A stretch of 64,000 bases of DNA from Sphagnum compactum (lineage: Eukaryota), in assembly GCA_965153455.1 (NCBI GenBank), contig OZ234493.1, positions 21,256,213 to 21,320,212 of the forward strand. Reading direction: 5' to 3'. Shown here one piece after another: positions 38,633-53,200 of the stretch. Position numbers and translations under genes: made by a program. The notes beneath the pieces are model-generated. The model was not told the DNA's origin. It did not search any database and saw nothing but the letters and a program-made list of their open reading frames with translations. The stretch's first letter is position 1. Every line of letters begins with the position of its first letter.

Positions 38633-41399
38633 ATCTCCTCGAGTAGGTATACACACTTTGTAGCATGCAATCTTCAGGCAACAATCCCCTCTTTCCAAAA
38701 GCCGTCAAACCTAAAACCAAAACACCCAACCCTCCTTCCTTCTTCCTCCTTTGGGTTCCCCAAAAAAAATCTTTTTGCACCTCCTAATCCTCACTACTAC
38801 CCTTTAAATGTTTTTTGACACAACAATAATCGGAACTTGAAAAGATCTTCATTCTTCTCATTCCGTTACATTCCAGGAGGCCTTTTTTTATTTATCTCCT
38901 TGCAGAACAAATGTAGAAAAAACAACCCATGAAAGGAAAGACTGCAAAACTGAGACACGGACAATGGAGCAGACAACGAACGAGAGAGACAGAAGAGAGA
39001 GAGGGGGAGAAGCAAAGTGGTGCAGTTACATTGGGCTGCGAGCATCAAGCCAAAATAGAAAGGGGTTTTGGGTTCGAATCTCCTTCCCATCAGCGAAATA
39101 CAAATTAGTATCCAACTCCAAATCTAAATTCTCAAGTTTTATGACCAAGTTTGAACTTGCATGTAAATATTTTGTACCTTTCACTAAGGTTAGGTTCATC
39201 ATTAAATAATCTTTAAAATAGTGAAATGAATTTTTGTGAAAATATGAAATCCAAGTGTTGAAAACCATCATAAGTATTGTAGGATACAATTGAATAATTT
39301 CATTCCTCATATGACAATAAATAGTAGATCATGAAAATACAATAAAACCAAATTTACAAATCAATGTGGAAGCTAACCCTAGGTTATGATAATTAAAATC
39401 CACAAATCCACAAGGTTTATTTTGAACATAAAATAAGTGATTAGATATAAATATGAAAATTATAAATTGCACTTGAACTTTACATAACAATTTAATCCAA
39501 ATCAACTTATTTACATGCGCCTACATTAAAATCCATGTTATCCATTTAGATACATAAGAATTCATGCATTGAAATAAGAAATCAACATGCACAAAGTTAC
39601 ACCAAATCCAAAAACAATACATTTTAATGTTTTCTATGGTGGTTCTAAATTATTGCACATTAATTGCAAACATTTGATTTCAAAATCTTAGACATTGTTA
39701 GGTTATATATAATAAATGATATACGTAGATAAATCTTATAAATGGTTTGGAATTTTGGATAATATAATCAATCGCAAAATGGTTATAGATGAAGGTTAAG
39801 TTTTGAAATATGTTGATAGCACATTTATTGGGGGGTTTATTTTCATGACATTAAATATTTGGTAAAGTGTCCCATTCCAATAAAAAAAATATAACAATCT
39901 TATGTTTCCAAATGAAAAAGAAACTTATCAACAACCTACTATCTTTCACTTTTATTTACAAGTATGTTAAAAATGATTTGGGCTAAAGATTTTTTTTTTT
40001 TAAATCACAAATTATAACATAAAAGTTGTGCACATGGGCTCAAAGTAAAGGTTCTAAATACATTGATATTAGTTGTTTCCATTGTCTTTGATGTCTTCAC
40101 ATGGCTACATGTTCCCCAACGTTCCACACCTTTTTAAATCCCATATGTAATTAATACCCATTTCCTTGCAAGTGGGCATGCTTTCATGATAACCTTGTAC
40201 ATATAAATGATTTTCATCCATTTATAAATTTATTCCATTTATGCATCCTTCCCCTTTTACACCCATGGAGATGATTTTATGTGTAGTTAAATTAGCGAAT
40301 GTATTAGAAGGCCCTTCAGGATAACGAGCAAGGACATAGTTGCATTAAAAAGTTTTACACCCCATATATTGTCATGAGCACGAAAACAACCAAATCTATA
40401 AGATTTTTTAACCAAGACGAACAATAATAAGCATGGTGTCAAATACATATCGTTAAAAAAAAAACAAAAACAAAAACACGACACGCGCAAAACAAAAATC
40501 CAACAAAATTTTATTGCAAGGAATAAATAAAAACAAAACAAAGTTATGACAAGAACATACTCAAATTTGATGTTAAACATATTCAAAGTAACTGTACTTC
40601 ACCTATTGGGCACTTAGTTCAAAGAAGTTTTTCAAAAAACCTTTCAACCTTCATGTGACCCATGTTCATGAACTAATAGTTAAAATATAAAATAAAATGA
40701 AAATGAACTAAAAACTAATTATGAATGAAATAAATGTGAATTAAAAATGAACAAGAATTTAACTAAAAGTGAATTAAAAATAAATTTGAAATGAATTAAA
40801 ATCTAATTAAAAAATTAAAACTAACTTAAGAGCTAAGTACAAGTTCATTACAAATTATGAATGAATTCCACGTCGTTGGCATCTATGACATATACCATAA
40901 TACTTGCACTAAATTAACATTAATTAAAATATTTGTGAGTTTTTTTGAAATTTTTTGTAAATACCCTATGATTGTGTTGAAAAGTATTTAAAATTATTTC
41001 ATTATTCTTTGTGTTTTTCCCCCCCATTTCAATAGGTCTTGTTTACCTCTTCCACAAAGAAATTAAGTGATTATTTAATACGTGCACATGAAATTGTTGA
41101 AAGTTTAATGAAAGAGAGTAATAACAATTATTTCACTATTTTAAAAATAAACATTTTAACCTTTTTTTGATTTCATAAAAATGCAATGGATGCCATTTTC
41201 TAGTTGATTAATATGCAATTGATGAGAAAGAAAGTAATTGTGACTATTTCACTATTTTAAAAGTAAACTACTCAACCTCCTTTAACTTATCAAAGTGCAA
41301 TGGGTGTTAGTTTCTAAGTTAATCAATATTTAACCTTTAACGATTTGCTAATTAATACCTCAATTTTTGTCAAATATATAAATAAATAAAAATGGGTCT

Positions 41400-42640
41400 C
41401 ATTTTAAATTTTTGAAAACAAATTAAATATTTGACAATGGATTGACATTGTTACTTTGTTTGAATGAGATTGGTCACTTCTTGCATAGGCCTTATTGTAA
41501 GCATAATCAACCTATCCATTACATACTTCCTCGTGATGCCTCCAACACAATGATCGCAGTCATTGCAACAAAGTTAGAATTCGTGAACCTCATAAGACGC
41601 ACTTTTGGAACCACACCATGACCCATAATAACATGCAGTAAAAATGCCACGGTTAGTTTTTTTTTCAATATGATTTTGGCCTTGCAATAAATGTTGGTGT
41701 TTTTTAAGGCCTAAAATATTAAGGGTTTGACCTAAAGGGACACTATTCAATATGCCAAACACCATTACCACATTACATTCTCTAACACATCCTCACCTTA
41801 CACATGTGAATTGAATGGTCACATGTTGCATTACCATTTGATTAACCAACATAAAATCTGCTATTAGGTTGAAGTGAATTGTTGGTTTATCTATCAAGAA
41901 TGAACACCTAGCCTAGATCCCAAAATAGTTGCACAACACTTTGCAACAACAACCACTCTGTACGATATGGCAATGAATGAAATCATACAATAAAATATGA
42001 ACGTTATATTGTTGGCAATTGGTAGTTGGGTACAACTTGCATTTGCCACTAAAGGAGTTTTAGTTGCAAATGTCACCCTCAACTAAAAAAAATTGTTACG
42101 AAAATCGATTGCAAATATGTAATTTATTGGTAATGTGAAATCCATTTTTCAAAGGAAGTAATGTCCCATCTTCCTCATAGGAGTCACACATATCAATGAA
42201 TGTTGATTCCAAAAGAGGGAAAGACAATTCACATCTCCTTGCCCATTCATCTAGTTATTACTTGACCTCAATATTGAGCAAGGCTTCGTTAATGTGGACG
42301 CAACAATTTATGGCGTGGTGATGATATGTTCGAAATTTTTCAACACATTTTCCCCAACTATCATGTACTTGCCTACATTGACCATATAATGTAATCCATA
42401 TATTCAAAAGACTATAACTTAATAAATAAAACTCTTCGCCACTTTGTTTTCAACATAAGCAAGATCCTTCAATACATGAATAGACCTAGGCTACAATCCA
42501 AACATTGCACAAAAGCATTTTTTCATCACTTGCACAACTTCAAAATCATCAACCAATATAACGATATCAAACTTTCCTTCCATGTAAAAAATTGTCATTG
42601 CTACTATGGAATTCTAAAATGCAAGATAATAGTCACATAA
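41400..42640 (-). mobile_element. Highly decayed coding relic, probably transposon-derived
   Basis: Interrupted protein-like minus-strand fragments (HVLKDLAYVENKVAKSF, LDEWARRCELSFPLLESTFIDM, MGHGVVPKVRL) in AT-rich DNA. Family not recognised. Confidence 0.3.
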
Positions 42641-45583
42641 AAAATCAACCAAGAACTTGTTGCAATAAAATACAATCTTGGAAAGTCTAAAAACGAGTTG
42701 TCAACATCTTACAATGAACATGACAAAAACTATTGGTTGTAATGTGGGAAGGATAATTCATCGTAATTAATAATCTTAATTTCTAAAATTATTAAATTAT
42801 TATGTCACTTGATAGAGATATTATTAACTATAATAATAAATATTTATTAATAATGACAAAAAAATCATTGTAATAAATATAATAAACCTTGGATACACTT
42901 GTAATGTGGCCTTAATAAGTTTCACATATATCTAAAATACAACTTGAATATATTCAAAGTATACATATATATCTTTTATGTATGATTGATATATTTTAAT
43001 ATGCAATAAATACAAGTTACATAAAATGTCAATACATCCACTATACATGTTTGTATCGTACATTTGTACATTATAATATGCCCCCAATACTTGTTACAAT
43101 ACTTTCAATGGACTTAAAGAACTAAGTCAATACACCCCTAGCGGATTTAAGAGCACCTTAATGTAGTATAACCTAGATATTCCACTACTATACATATAAT
43201 ATATCATATTATTACACTTAAGGATAACTAAATTTTGGTAATTACTATGACTGATGGACCATACATGGGCCTTCGAGGATGAAAATAATGTTAAAAATCA
43301 ACCATTTGGTAGATGATTAAGTCATTAGTTATACAATAATCACAAAGATAACCAAAAATAATTACAAAACTTACCAAGGTTAGTTGCACGCAATAATTAA
43401 TCACACATAATCACAAATCAAGTGATTACATTTTGATCTTTTCTTCTAATGTAAGAATTACCCCATTTTATAAAAAAAACATCTTTAAAAATTCAAAACA
43501 CAGTGAAAAAAATTATCAAAATTTTGAGATAAAGGAATTTATATCCTATTTGTCAAGTTTCAAAATTTGTCAACCCCTAGGCAGGCCCCTATGTTGAAAA
43601 CTGGACCATGCTACTCATTAATACCTTGCCAAAGTATTAAAAAAATCTCTAATGAGGCCCGTCTTCAAGTGGCTGATTCTCATTCCAATGAGAACCTTTG
43701 AGTCAAGTCCCTTGCATGACCCTCAATGATACCCAATTTGAGACCCGACTCAAATGAGCTCTTGCATAACCCTCTTTTCTCAGTGTGAGGAACTAAGGAG
43801 AGACCTTCAAATCTTTGCATTATTTATTGGGCCAAAACCCGAATTAGGGAGCTTTTACTATTGACACCACTTGACAAACCTAAGGTTACATTAAAAAAAA
43901 AGTTCATGAACAAATTATACACCTAACATAAATAATTTGGTGTTGTAGTTCTATAGTGAGACAATATTTCATGTATTGGGTAAATCCTTGGATCATACTT
44001 GGACTAATTTGAGGTCTATCAAATTGATATGGTGTGATTTTCATCATGCAACTTCCTTTTCCCCAACTTGGCACAATTTTCATTTGCTTTGAAAATAAAA
44101 AAACATTGGTCATTTTGATTAAACATGTTATTTTGATTTGTCCAACCCAAACGAAATGTCCCAATTAACTAGAACACATTAACCATTTTGACCAAGGTGG
44201 CTTTTTTTTATTCAATTTGATAATTATGAGCAAAAATGATGTGAACATTCATTTAGCATAATTTATTGTCAATGACTCCTATTCAAGGATTTGACCTTAT
44301 TTTGAGATAACACCACATTTTCATTGTCATTGGACATCAATGTTCTATCTTAATGCCCCTTGCATGTGCCCATTTGTCATAAGTATTCAAATGATAGGGT
44401 AAACCACAAATAATTGGGCAAGCAACCCAATTGGAATTATTATTGTTATTATTATTATCATCATTTCCAACAACCTTGCTTATGGAGCCACATTGCTCTC
44501 GCCTTTCAATTCAACCTCCAAACCCTTTCATTACATTATTTGTGTGGCATGTGAAAATTTCTACTCACAACAAAGAGAGGTATTAGGTGAAGATGTAATT
44601 TAATTACTCTAATAAGACATTATTTCCCTCAACAAAGTCATTAGTTTAATATGAGTGCTACCTTAATATGAAATCAATGAGATTTCCATACTACTTGCAC
44701 AATTGAAGCTACACATGTAGCATTATTTTGTCAAGAATATGTGCAAATTGGGTATGGACAGTTATTTACAAATTTCTGCTAAATGGAAAGTTTTCTTCAA
44801 AACGCATCCATATCAAACTGCTATCAAAGAAATGCATACAAGATCACAACATAGGTGAGGGGATAAACATATTATTTTCTTTAGATGGGGAACTTGAGAG
44901 AAAATGTAGGTCCTCAACAACTCACCTGGAATTGCCACTCCTGTTACACTTCCACAGGAGGCCAGATGAATGGCAATTGTTGTCAGTGAAGAGTCCCTTT
45001 GATGCCATCATTGCGGAGATGCTGATCTTAAAGACCAACAAGAAATTTCCTTTGATTCAAGGTGTGGGGATCCAAAGAACTCCAAACACAGTTCCAACAA
45101 CTGCTGAACACGTTAGGTCTCATACTTAGTTACCCTTATGACTGGACCAGAACTGGAAGAGTTGAGTAAGTTGAATTCAAACTGTATGATCACAAAAGCA
45201 GGAGAAGATGATTACAAGGGACCTATGTTTGGCTATGCATGATAGTAAAAGCTCCTGTTTCTGCAGCATTTAACACTAGTCAATCCCCAGAAAACGCAGC
45301 TATTATTTTTGCAATAGGTTCACAATGCAATCGGCACCAATGACTGAAAGCGTGAAATGTAATGAAAAACAGAAGAAGGTTCTTGACAATTACAAACTTA
45401 TAGGTGTCCCAAGTAAGGCAATTTGAAATACAGGCTGCCAAAAATGCAAGAGATTATTCAAGCCCCAAGTTTGGCTCCTACCAAACAAACTAGCCAGCAA
45501 TTGGATATACCATGGCATTGCAAGTTATGCAATCTATGCCTCTTAAACAACCCCACTGCCATTGTTCTCCCATGAAAATACAG

Positions 45584-46395
45584 TTAGTTCCCACCAAAAA
45601 GATACCCCAAAGACGATCCGCCTCCTGGAGCTGCATGGACCTTTGTTGTTGGCCGGTCCTGCACCATAAGAACATCATAAAAGGTATCATGTCTTGTTTT
45701 AGTCTCACATTGAGCTGGAACAGAAAGAAATTGCCTTCTGCAACAAAGTCCAGAAAAGGAGAAAGCCTCTTTGAGGAAGACAAAAAGTGTACAACCTCAC
45801 AAAGTTATGAAATGCAGAGAGAGAGTTTGAACATTTAAAACCAAGGCAAACTGAGAAAGAACAAAAGGCTGCGAAGTCAAAGTGAGAGATCCATAGAGCA
45901 AATGTGGAGAAGAAAAGTGAGAATGCAGTTTTAACTACCAGGGGATGGAATTGGGACAAGAAAAGAAGCTCTCTTCAGAAACCAGGCAGCAGACAATATG
46001 ACAAGGGTATGACCAATAACATCATCAGGTCTTTGAAACTACAATGGCAAGATGCAGAGCATATTCTGGATTACATTCAGAAAGCTTACAGTGATGAAGT
46101 TGCCAGTGTTCTGGCCATCCGCACGGTGATAGTTGTTAGAGTTTCTTCCCATTTTGTTGTGTCCTCCCATATCAAGCGAGGCTCCACCATCGTCACCAGC
46201 TTTGGCAGGAGCCGAAGCAGGCTTCTCTTCAGGAGGAGGAGCTCTTGCCAACCCTGCTGGACGCTGCTCGGCTACTGTAGGCTGTGGAGGCTGCACAGGT
46301 GCCCTTGCTGCAGGCTTAGGCTGATCAGTCTCAGTCGACCCGAAAAGGTAGCCCAAAGAGCTTTGCCCTCCTCCACTGCTTCCACCCCTCACCAT
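45584..46395 (-). CDS. SPR1: SPIRAL1-like microtubule-associated protein (126 aa); exons 46395-46090 and 45658-45584; probable 5'UTR intron ~46913-46417
   Basis: N-terminal GGGQSSLGYLFGS and C-terminal NNYHRADGQNTGNFIT|DRPTTKVHAAPGGGSSLGYLFGGN* are the hallmark SPR1 repeats. GT-AG intron 46089-45659. Confidence 0.95.
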
Positions 46396-46770
46396 TTTTT
46401 TAAAATCTTAACGCTTACTGGAAGGAAGAACGAACAAAAGGCCTCCCAAATCTGGAAAAAACCAGAGCACAACAAACAAAAGATGTAAAGAAAACAGTCC
46501 TGTCAGATCTGCTCCAAAACTGTTGACACTAAACACAACACAATGTCAGGAGCAGCATCGCCATTTCCCTCTACAGAAAAAAACACCTAAACTGAAGCAA
46601 CTGCAACACGCCACGGAAAAGACTAGATCCTTCACATGAAACAAGATCTACTTCAGAGCACCTACTGCAACTGCACATTCTTCATTTCCAGCCGACAAAC
46701 ACAAATATACCAAAACTACACTCTTCCCCACCCGTTGTTCGTTCCTGAAAAACTCGTCAGTAAGCAGAAG

Positions 46771-46807
<37 letters not shown>

Positions 46808-47250
46808 GTGTCTGTGCCTTCCACCTTTAACAGCAAAACACAAAGGGACAACAGAAGTTTCACTGACTGCAACCAGAGAACAGATTCGTCAGCCTGCCAT
46901 GAGAGTATAGTACCTGAAAAACGCCACGGATAGCAGAAGACACAGCAGTCAGCTGGAAGACAAAGCGCAGAATGCAACACAAGTGCGATCAGGGAACGAA
47001 CAACACTAGTGCGACAACAAACAACACATACAAACACGCCCCGTCTCTCTCTCTCTCTCTCTTTCTCTTTTTGTTTGTCTCTCTCTCTCTTGACCTAAAA
47101 TGCAGCAAGGCAGAGTAGGAAAACCCTAGGGGCAAAGTTTGTCTCTCTGGGACTTTTGGAAATCTTGGGGGGCACACTCATTAACTGCAGGATATTATTA
47201 ATTGGGTGCATTTCCATCTCTTCCACCCACCTATCTGCAACTGCCAGGTG

Positions 47251-47756
47251 TGGGTTCTTTCAACTTGGGTTGAAAAAATTTAGACCTAACTCTACATGGG
47301 TTCTTTCAAATTGGGTTGAAAAAATCTAGACCTAACTCTAAATGGGTTCTTTTAAATTGGGTTGAAAACATTTAGACCTAACTCTACATGGGTTCTTTCA
47401 AATTGGGTTGTAAAAATTTAGACCTAACTCTACATGGGTTCTTTCGAATTGGGTTGAAAAAATTTAGACCTAACTCTACATGGGTTCTTTCAAATTGGGT
47501 TGAAAAAATTTAGACCTAACTCTACATGGGTTCTTTCAAATTGGGTTGAAAAAAATTTAGACCTAACTCTACATGGGTTCATTCAAATTGGGTTGAAAAT
47601 TTAGACCTAACTGTACATGGGTTCTTCCAAATTGGGTTGCAATTTAGACCTAACTTTACATGGGTTCTTCCAAATTGGGTTGAAAAAATTTAGACCTAAC
47701 TCTACATGGGTTCTTTCAAATTGGGTTGAAAATTTAGACCTAACTTTACATGGGTT
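47251..47756. repeat. 46-bp minisatellite, 11 copies plus a partial copy
   Basis: Unit TGGGTTCTTTCAAATTGGGTTGAAAAAATTTAGACCTAACTCTACA starts at 47251, 47297, 47343, 47389, 47435, 47481, 47527, 47574, 47618, 47661, 47707 and 47751 (partial). Confidence 0.97.
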
Positions 47757-49116
47757 AAGGTTTTGTTAATGCAGTATCAGTACAAGAGTACTGCTGCAAA
47801 AAAAATTCCCCCTCAGTCTGCCCTTTGCCCCTTTATTTCTCACCTCCTCATGCTTTGCACCCAAGGTATTCCTCTGCATGAAGAAACAGATACTTTTTTT
47901 TTTTGTCCTGTGCAATGTGATGTGTTTTTCACTCTTGTTTCTTGTTTTCTGTGCATTGCATGGGAAAGAAAGAAAGATTGCATTGCTCTCTTGTGAAATG
48001 CTCCCTATCACTGAAGAAGATGGAGTGCAAATTGCTTTATAGATGGACTACATTATTATGCGTGATTGAATTTGAGGAATCAAGTAGGACCTAACATGAG
48101 AAAGAAGGCCTCATTAGCATCTCAAAAGCAAGTAAGGACTGAAGGAGAGCCCTTCACACATGTGACAAAACCTAAAACTCTTTTTCATCACCTCTATCCT
48201 TATTCTTTTTCTTTTTCTTTTTCAAAAGAGTATACCCGTGCCTTTTAACAACAAAATACTAAGCTCTTGGGTATCTTACAAAATCATAAACAACTTTTGA
48301 AAACATTCATTTGTTATTTGACTAACCTTCAAATTCGTAATGACTTTTCCATGTCACATGAGCATATTACACTCCATAAGATTAATGACCGGCTTAGAAG
48401 GGTGTGTTACACTTCATAACATCACTCGCATCACTCAAATATTTCTTTCATAAGTTAATATATTTTAAATACATGAAAAAAAGTTCTGACATTCAAATTT
48501 GAGGCCTTTGCTATTTGAAATTGAATAAGACAAAGATGAAAAATATCACAATTTCACATTGTATTTTTTTTTTGCAAACAAAGTTTATTAACGTGTCAAC
48601 TTTTATTCAAATGAATCTTTGTGTATAAAGCTTGTGCAACAAATTTGTTTGATATTCTTGGCTAATTTAGTTATTAATCTGTCATTATTTATTGAACATT
48701 AATGTGTTACTTTTAATAATGAATTTATATATAAGCTAAATCAATTTGACTTAGGAGGCACATTCTCATTTTCATCTCCCTTGAAAATATGAAACACTGT
48801 ATTATTTAAAAATTGAACTCCTATAGGAAGATCATCAATATTGATTAGTGTTAGTTTTTTTTGTACTCATGCATTACAAACTTTGCATTCAACACTTTGG
48901 TAATGGAAATTGTGTGAAATACAAAAGTTTTTAAATTTTGTGTAAGGATGTTGTGTGTTTAAAACACATTTGAAACACATGTACGTAAAATGAAAAAAAT
49001 TCATCCATCCATTACCAAATCGTTGGATGCAAAGTTCATGATGTAAGTTTGTCAAACATTATTAGGTGTAAAGAACTCGTCAATTCTCAATTTTATAATG
49101 AAATAAAAACCTAAGG

Positions 49117-49947
49117 TGCATTCCCTAACTCCCACAAAAAAAAAAAAACATGGAAGCTCATGGATAAAATTAAAATGAATTCACAAGTTTGAATTCAATG
49201 TGAAATCAATTTGCACAAACGAAGAAAATAGACAATTAATGCAAGTTGGAATCAAAATGACCACAAATGGACTAGGGACAATCCAATTCACTCAACACAC
49301 CACAACCTAGATTTGAAAAAAGATGATTGTTATATTTTGTATATTAATTTTGAAATTGGTGATGGGATTGCATCAAAATAAAATAATAATAATGGGGTTC
49401 CAAAATTAGAGTTCAAAATTTCTTAATTTTGTCAAAATATGAGTCTTGCAATTTTATAAACTCATAATTCCCACATACAAATTTGATTAAAGAACTTTCA
49501 AAAGCAAAGTTATAACCTTTGATAAGATATTTCAATCTCCTATTGCATTTTCCAATTATACATCATTTGGCCATTGCTCCATAGGTTTTAATGGTTGAGA
49601 ATCAATTTGCAAATTTCATTCCTAATCATTTTCTTGGCCATAATTTGAACTTTAAATGGAAAATGGAAATGCAAGTTCATTCTCAATATTAAGGCTTCAA
49701 GACCTTTTCCAACTATATATAAAGAACCCAATTTAGACAAGGTTTTCTTTTTACGCATTTGTTTCAAAGATTCAAAACACTTGCAAAACTTGAACTCTAA
49801 AAGTGGGATCCATTTATGAATGTTAATAGTCATTTCCTTGTGTTTTCCCACACTTGCGGGAATGTGTTTGAGTCTCAAGACCTTTTTCCAATTCACTTGT
49901 TTTTCATGCCTTAACTTTGGTTACAAGCCAAATGTTAAGGCCGTGAT
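49117..49947 (-). mobile_element. Possible degenerate solo-LTR-like repeat
   Basis: Non-coding ~830-bp block beginning TATCACGGCCTTAACATTTGGCTTGTAACCAAAG on -, resembling moss LTR termini as I recall them. No TSD confirmed. Confidence 0.3.
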
Positions 49948-50425
49948 AAATAACATCAATATGAATATCTTTCAATGGTAATTAACATCAATTGTTGATA
50001 ATTACAAACATCAATAAATCGAAAAGCTGTCAAAGATTTTTCATAAAATTCACATGAGAGAGCTCTTCTTCAAATATTGATTAAAATTGGTTCATTTACT
50101 TATAATTACACATTGCATGGCAATATATTGGACATGTTTAGGTGTTTGATTATATAGCTACCATATAAACAAACAAGCAAACATGAGTATACATAATTTT
50201 TACAATGTCTTGGCCTAATAACAATCACAATTCATTCCTTAATGATGACATAATCACATCATCATTACTAAAAACCACTTGCCCAAAGAAGAAATCATTT
50301 TCATTTGGCGTTAATAAGCGAAAACACACATTTGGTTGGACCAAAAGCCGCGGTTGAAAGTCCATTTTCGGAGTCCAAATGCAATGCATTTTCACATCAA
50401 AACATTTAAATAATGACAAAGTTAA

Positions 50426-53200
50426 CAATATTTTTCCATATCCAAGTTCATGTGCTTCTAATTTAAACCTTTTAAAAACATCTCTATAAATATGGCTATT
50501 GGAAAAATCAATTTAGATATCTAAATGGATTTTGTGAGTTTTCAAATCTTCATTTTTAAAAAATAAATTAAATGAGAATTTCTTTTCTACTTGGTTTTTT
50601 CATCTTAAATGTTAAGAGCCTACAATGTAAAGGTCCCCAAAAATTTTAACATGTCTTCCAAATCCATTAAAAGAAAAAAGTCCATAACCATGTTTTAAAA
50701 AAATTGTGACATTAGATGTGGCCGACATTGTAAAGTCCATTTTTCACTAAGTATTGAGTTTTTTGGTGTATTTTTTTTCAAAGTTAGGAGGACTAAAATA
50801 GATGTTCCAAATTTTCAACTTATATTTTTAGAATTTTAAAAATGCATTTGAGTTTTAAAAACCAAAACTTGACTAAATCAGAAAAACTACCATTGTGACT
50901 TCATAAAAATACATTATAGTGTGTTTTTACCCTGGATACATTGTTGTTTTTGTTGAATACAAATGAAAATAAACATGCAACAAAAGAGGATAAACCATCT
51001 TTGTATCATTTTCAACAATTTCAAAGGCAATGGTTGAATCACCCATGAAGTTTCATACAATTTTCATATTTTTGAGTTGAAAGTCAAACATGATTGCCAA
51101 TGCATGTTGTGCATTTTGATAGCAATGTAGGTTCTACAAAATGTTGAGAAAGGGGCCAATATTTTCACAACTTGTGCCATCATTTATAAGTTGAATTATT
51201 ATAACTTTGAGTTGAAGTTGCCTAGAATCAATGGACAATTCAATGCTTCAATCTTGCTAATTTCACCTTTCATCATATTAAATAGTGAGAAAGCATAAAC
51301 AAATGCATAAAATAACAACCAATAACCTTGATTTTGATTCAAAACACATTGTTTGAAAATTGGGAATAATGTATTTATAATGGTTTTAACAATAAGCCAA
51401 GTTTGGTAACTTGGCACCTCATATGACAAATGAAAACATTGTTGTCACCCATAACAAATTGAAATTCCATCTTGATATTTGAACCAAATCTCTTGAAACA
51501 AGATGATTAGAAGCAAATTGTTGTTTTCACATGTGTTATGAACATTCAAATTAACAATCTTGCAATGATACAAGAATCCTTCCATTTTTGCTTCCCTTTC
51601 CAAGATTTTTTTTCCAAATAATAGTTTTATGCATTATGCTTGAGCGTTTTTCAAGTTCAAATTTGAAAATCTAGCACATACTTTGGTATCAACAATAGCA
51701 TATTTGGTTGCCTTTGACATGGCATTCTCAAAGCACGATCTAACAAATAGAGATGATAAATCAAGGGGAGAACAAAAAACTACACTTGTCAATGCATTGG
51801 TCAAGGTTCATAGATTGAAAGCCTTTGTCTTTTGTGTAAGTAATGATTTTGTTGAGGAAACCAAACAAGTCAAAAAAAAATTCAATTTTGATTTGCTAGG
51901 GTTGCAATGTTGTTTTGTGCATTTCAAAAACACCAATATTGACATGTGTTGTTTTTCATGAACTATTGATGAAGCTCACAACCATAGCAAATGTGTCATA
52001 TTCAACATGAACATCCAAAGATCAAATGAAGCAATATATGTAGTGTATGTAACACATGAAACAATAAAATTTATGTTTTATTTTTCCTTGGTTTGTGTTA
52101 TGTGACATTCAGAAGAACATCAATCATTAGATGGTGTCAAGATGGAAACATAACACACCTACATTGTTGTAAAACTACTTCCATCAACCAAGGATTTTCC
52201 ACAAAATATAAAGGTAGGATCATTTTATAATGTACAAGACTAGATCTTCAAAAAATGAATGTTGGAGTGCGTTCAATTTGTGGTAAGGATGATAGTTACC
52301 AAAGAATTATGTGATTTGAGTAAGGGGCACATTTTTCCTTTATTTTGTACTTGTATTTAATCTTTATTTCTATTAATTTTTTGCACCAACAACAACCCCT
52401 ACTTTTTATACTCTTCAAAATGTTTGTTAAAAACATGTTTTTCAAACATTTTATACCATCATATTTGTTGTATTTCACACACCCCTTGTTTTTCCCATGG
52501 GCAAACAACTTAGATTCATCATCTGCTAGAACATAATGGCACACAACACACCACAAGATTTGGGGATTACAAGAATTGATTACAATACCATCATTAACAA
52601 ACCAAAAAACCCCTATAACCTAACATGTGGTGGACATGATACCACAAAGTTCAGTTGTCCAATAGTTGTGAAGAATAATGCCCAAATAACATCTACCTTA
52701 AGATTATATGCCACTTGTGATCCAATAGTTTCAATTTGAAACAAAACTCACAATCATCTTCAATCTTTTCAAGTTCATCAAATGTTGTAACAAAATGATT
52801 AGCACTTGTTAATGCCGTCAAAAAAAAATTGTTGTTTCATCTACATACGTCACAATTACAAAACAACCAAACACCATAAGAAGAATAAAAAATAGAAAAA
52901 AACATGTTCAATGGCTTATACACGTTCCATGGTTTGTAATCACAATTTATTCCAATTATTACAATAAATGTTTCAAAATATTCAAAAACCACAAACAAGG
53001 AAAATAAAAACAAACATTTATACAATGGCATGGATACAATCCATGGTTTCCATTCATAATCTATTTCACATTATTTAAAGGTGCATTGTACTTTAAAACA
53101 TAAACAAAAGATATAATCAAACACACAAAACATATACATAAAGGAAACAAAGTATGCACAAGGCAATTCAAATCAACAAGGGACCCCATAGTTGCCACTC
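50426..53200 (-). mobile_element. Second decayed hAT-type transposon (BED finger plus DDE relic)
   Basis: Minus strand: WCVVCH...VKYNKYDGIKCL (ORF 52296..52556), ASFDLWM..DTFAMVVSF (~52033-51972), MSKATKYA (~51725-51698). CAATATTTTTCCATAT at 50426 resembles the right end of the 20682-25248 element. The other end was not found. Confidence 0.65.

Noticed and set aside
38988..39003. GACAGAAGAGAGAGAG resembling miR156/529
   Set aside because: Lies within a GA-rich simple repeat, lacks the 3' end, and has no hairpin.
6823..46395. Functional cluster of cytoskeleton/trafficking genes (tether-like protein and SPR1)
   Set aside because: The genes are over 30 kb apart, with unrelated genes and TEs between, and there is no evidence of co-regulation.
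45904..46488. 194-aa plus-strand ORF
   Set aside because: Antisense shadow of the SPR1 exon; no recognisable motif.
47251..47756. CRISPR-like array
   Set aside because: Units are contiguous with no unique spacers, no cas genes, and the context is eukaryotic.
48135..48152. GGACTGAAGGAGAGCCC resembling miR319
   Set aside because: Needs a bulge and mismatches, and I saw no complementary star arm nearby.
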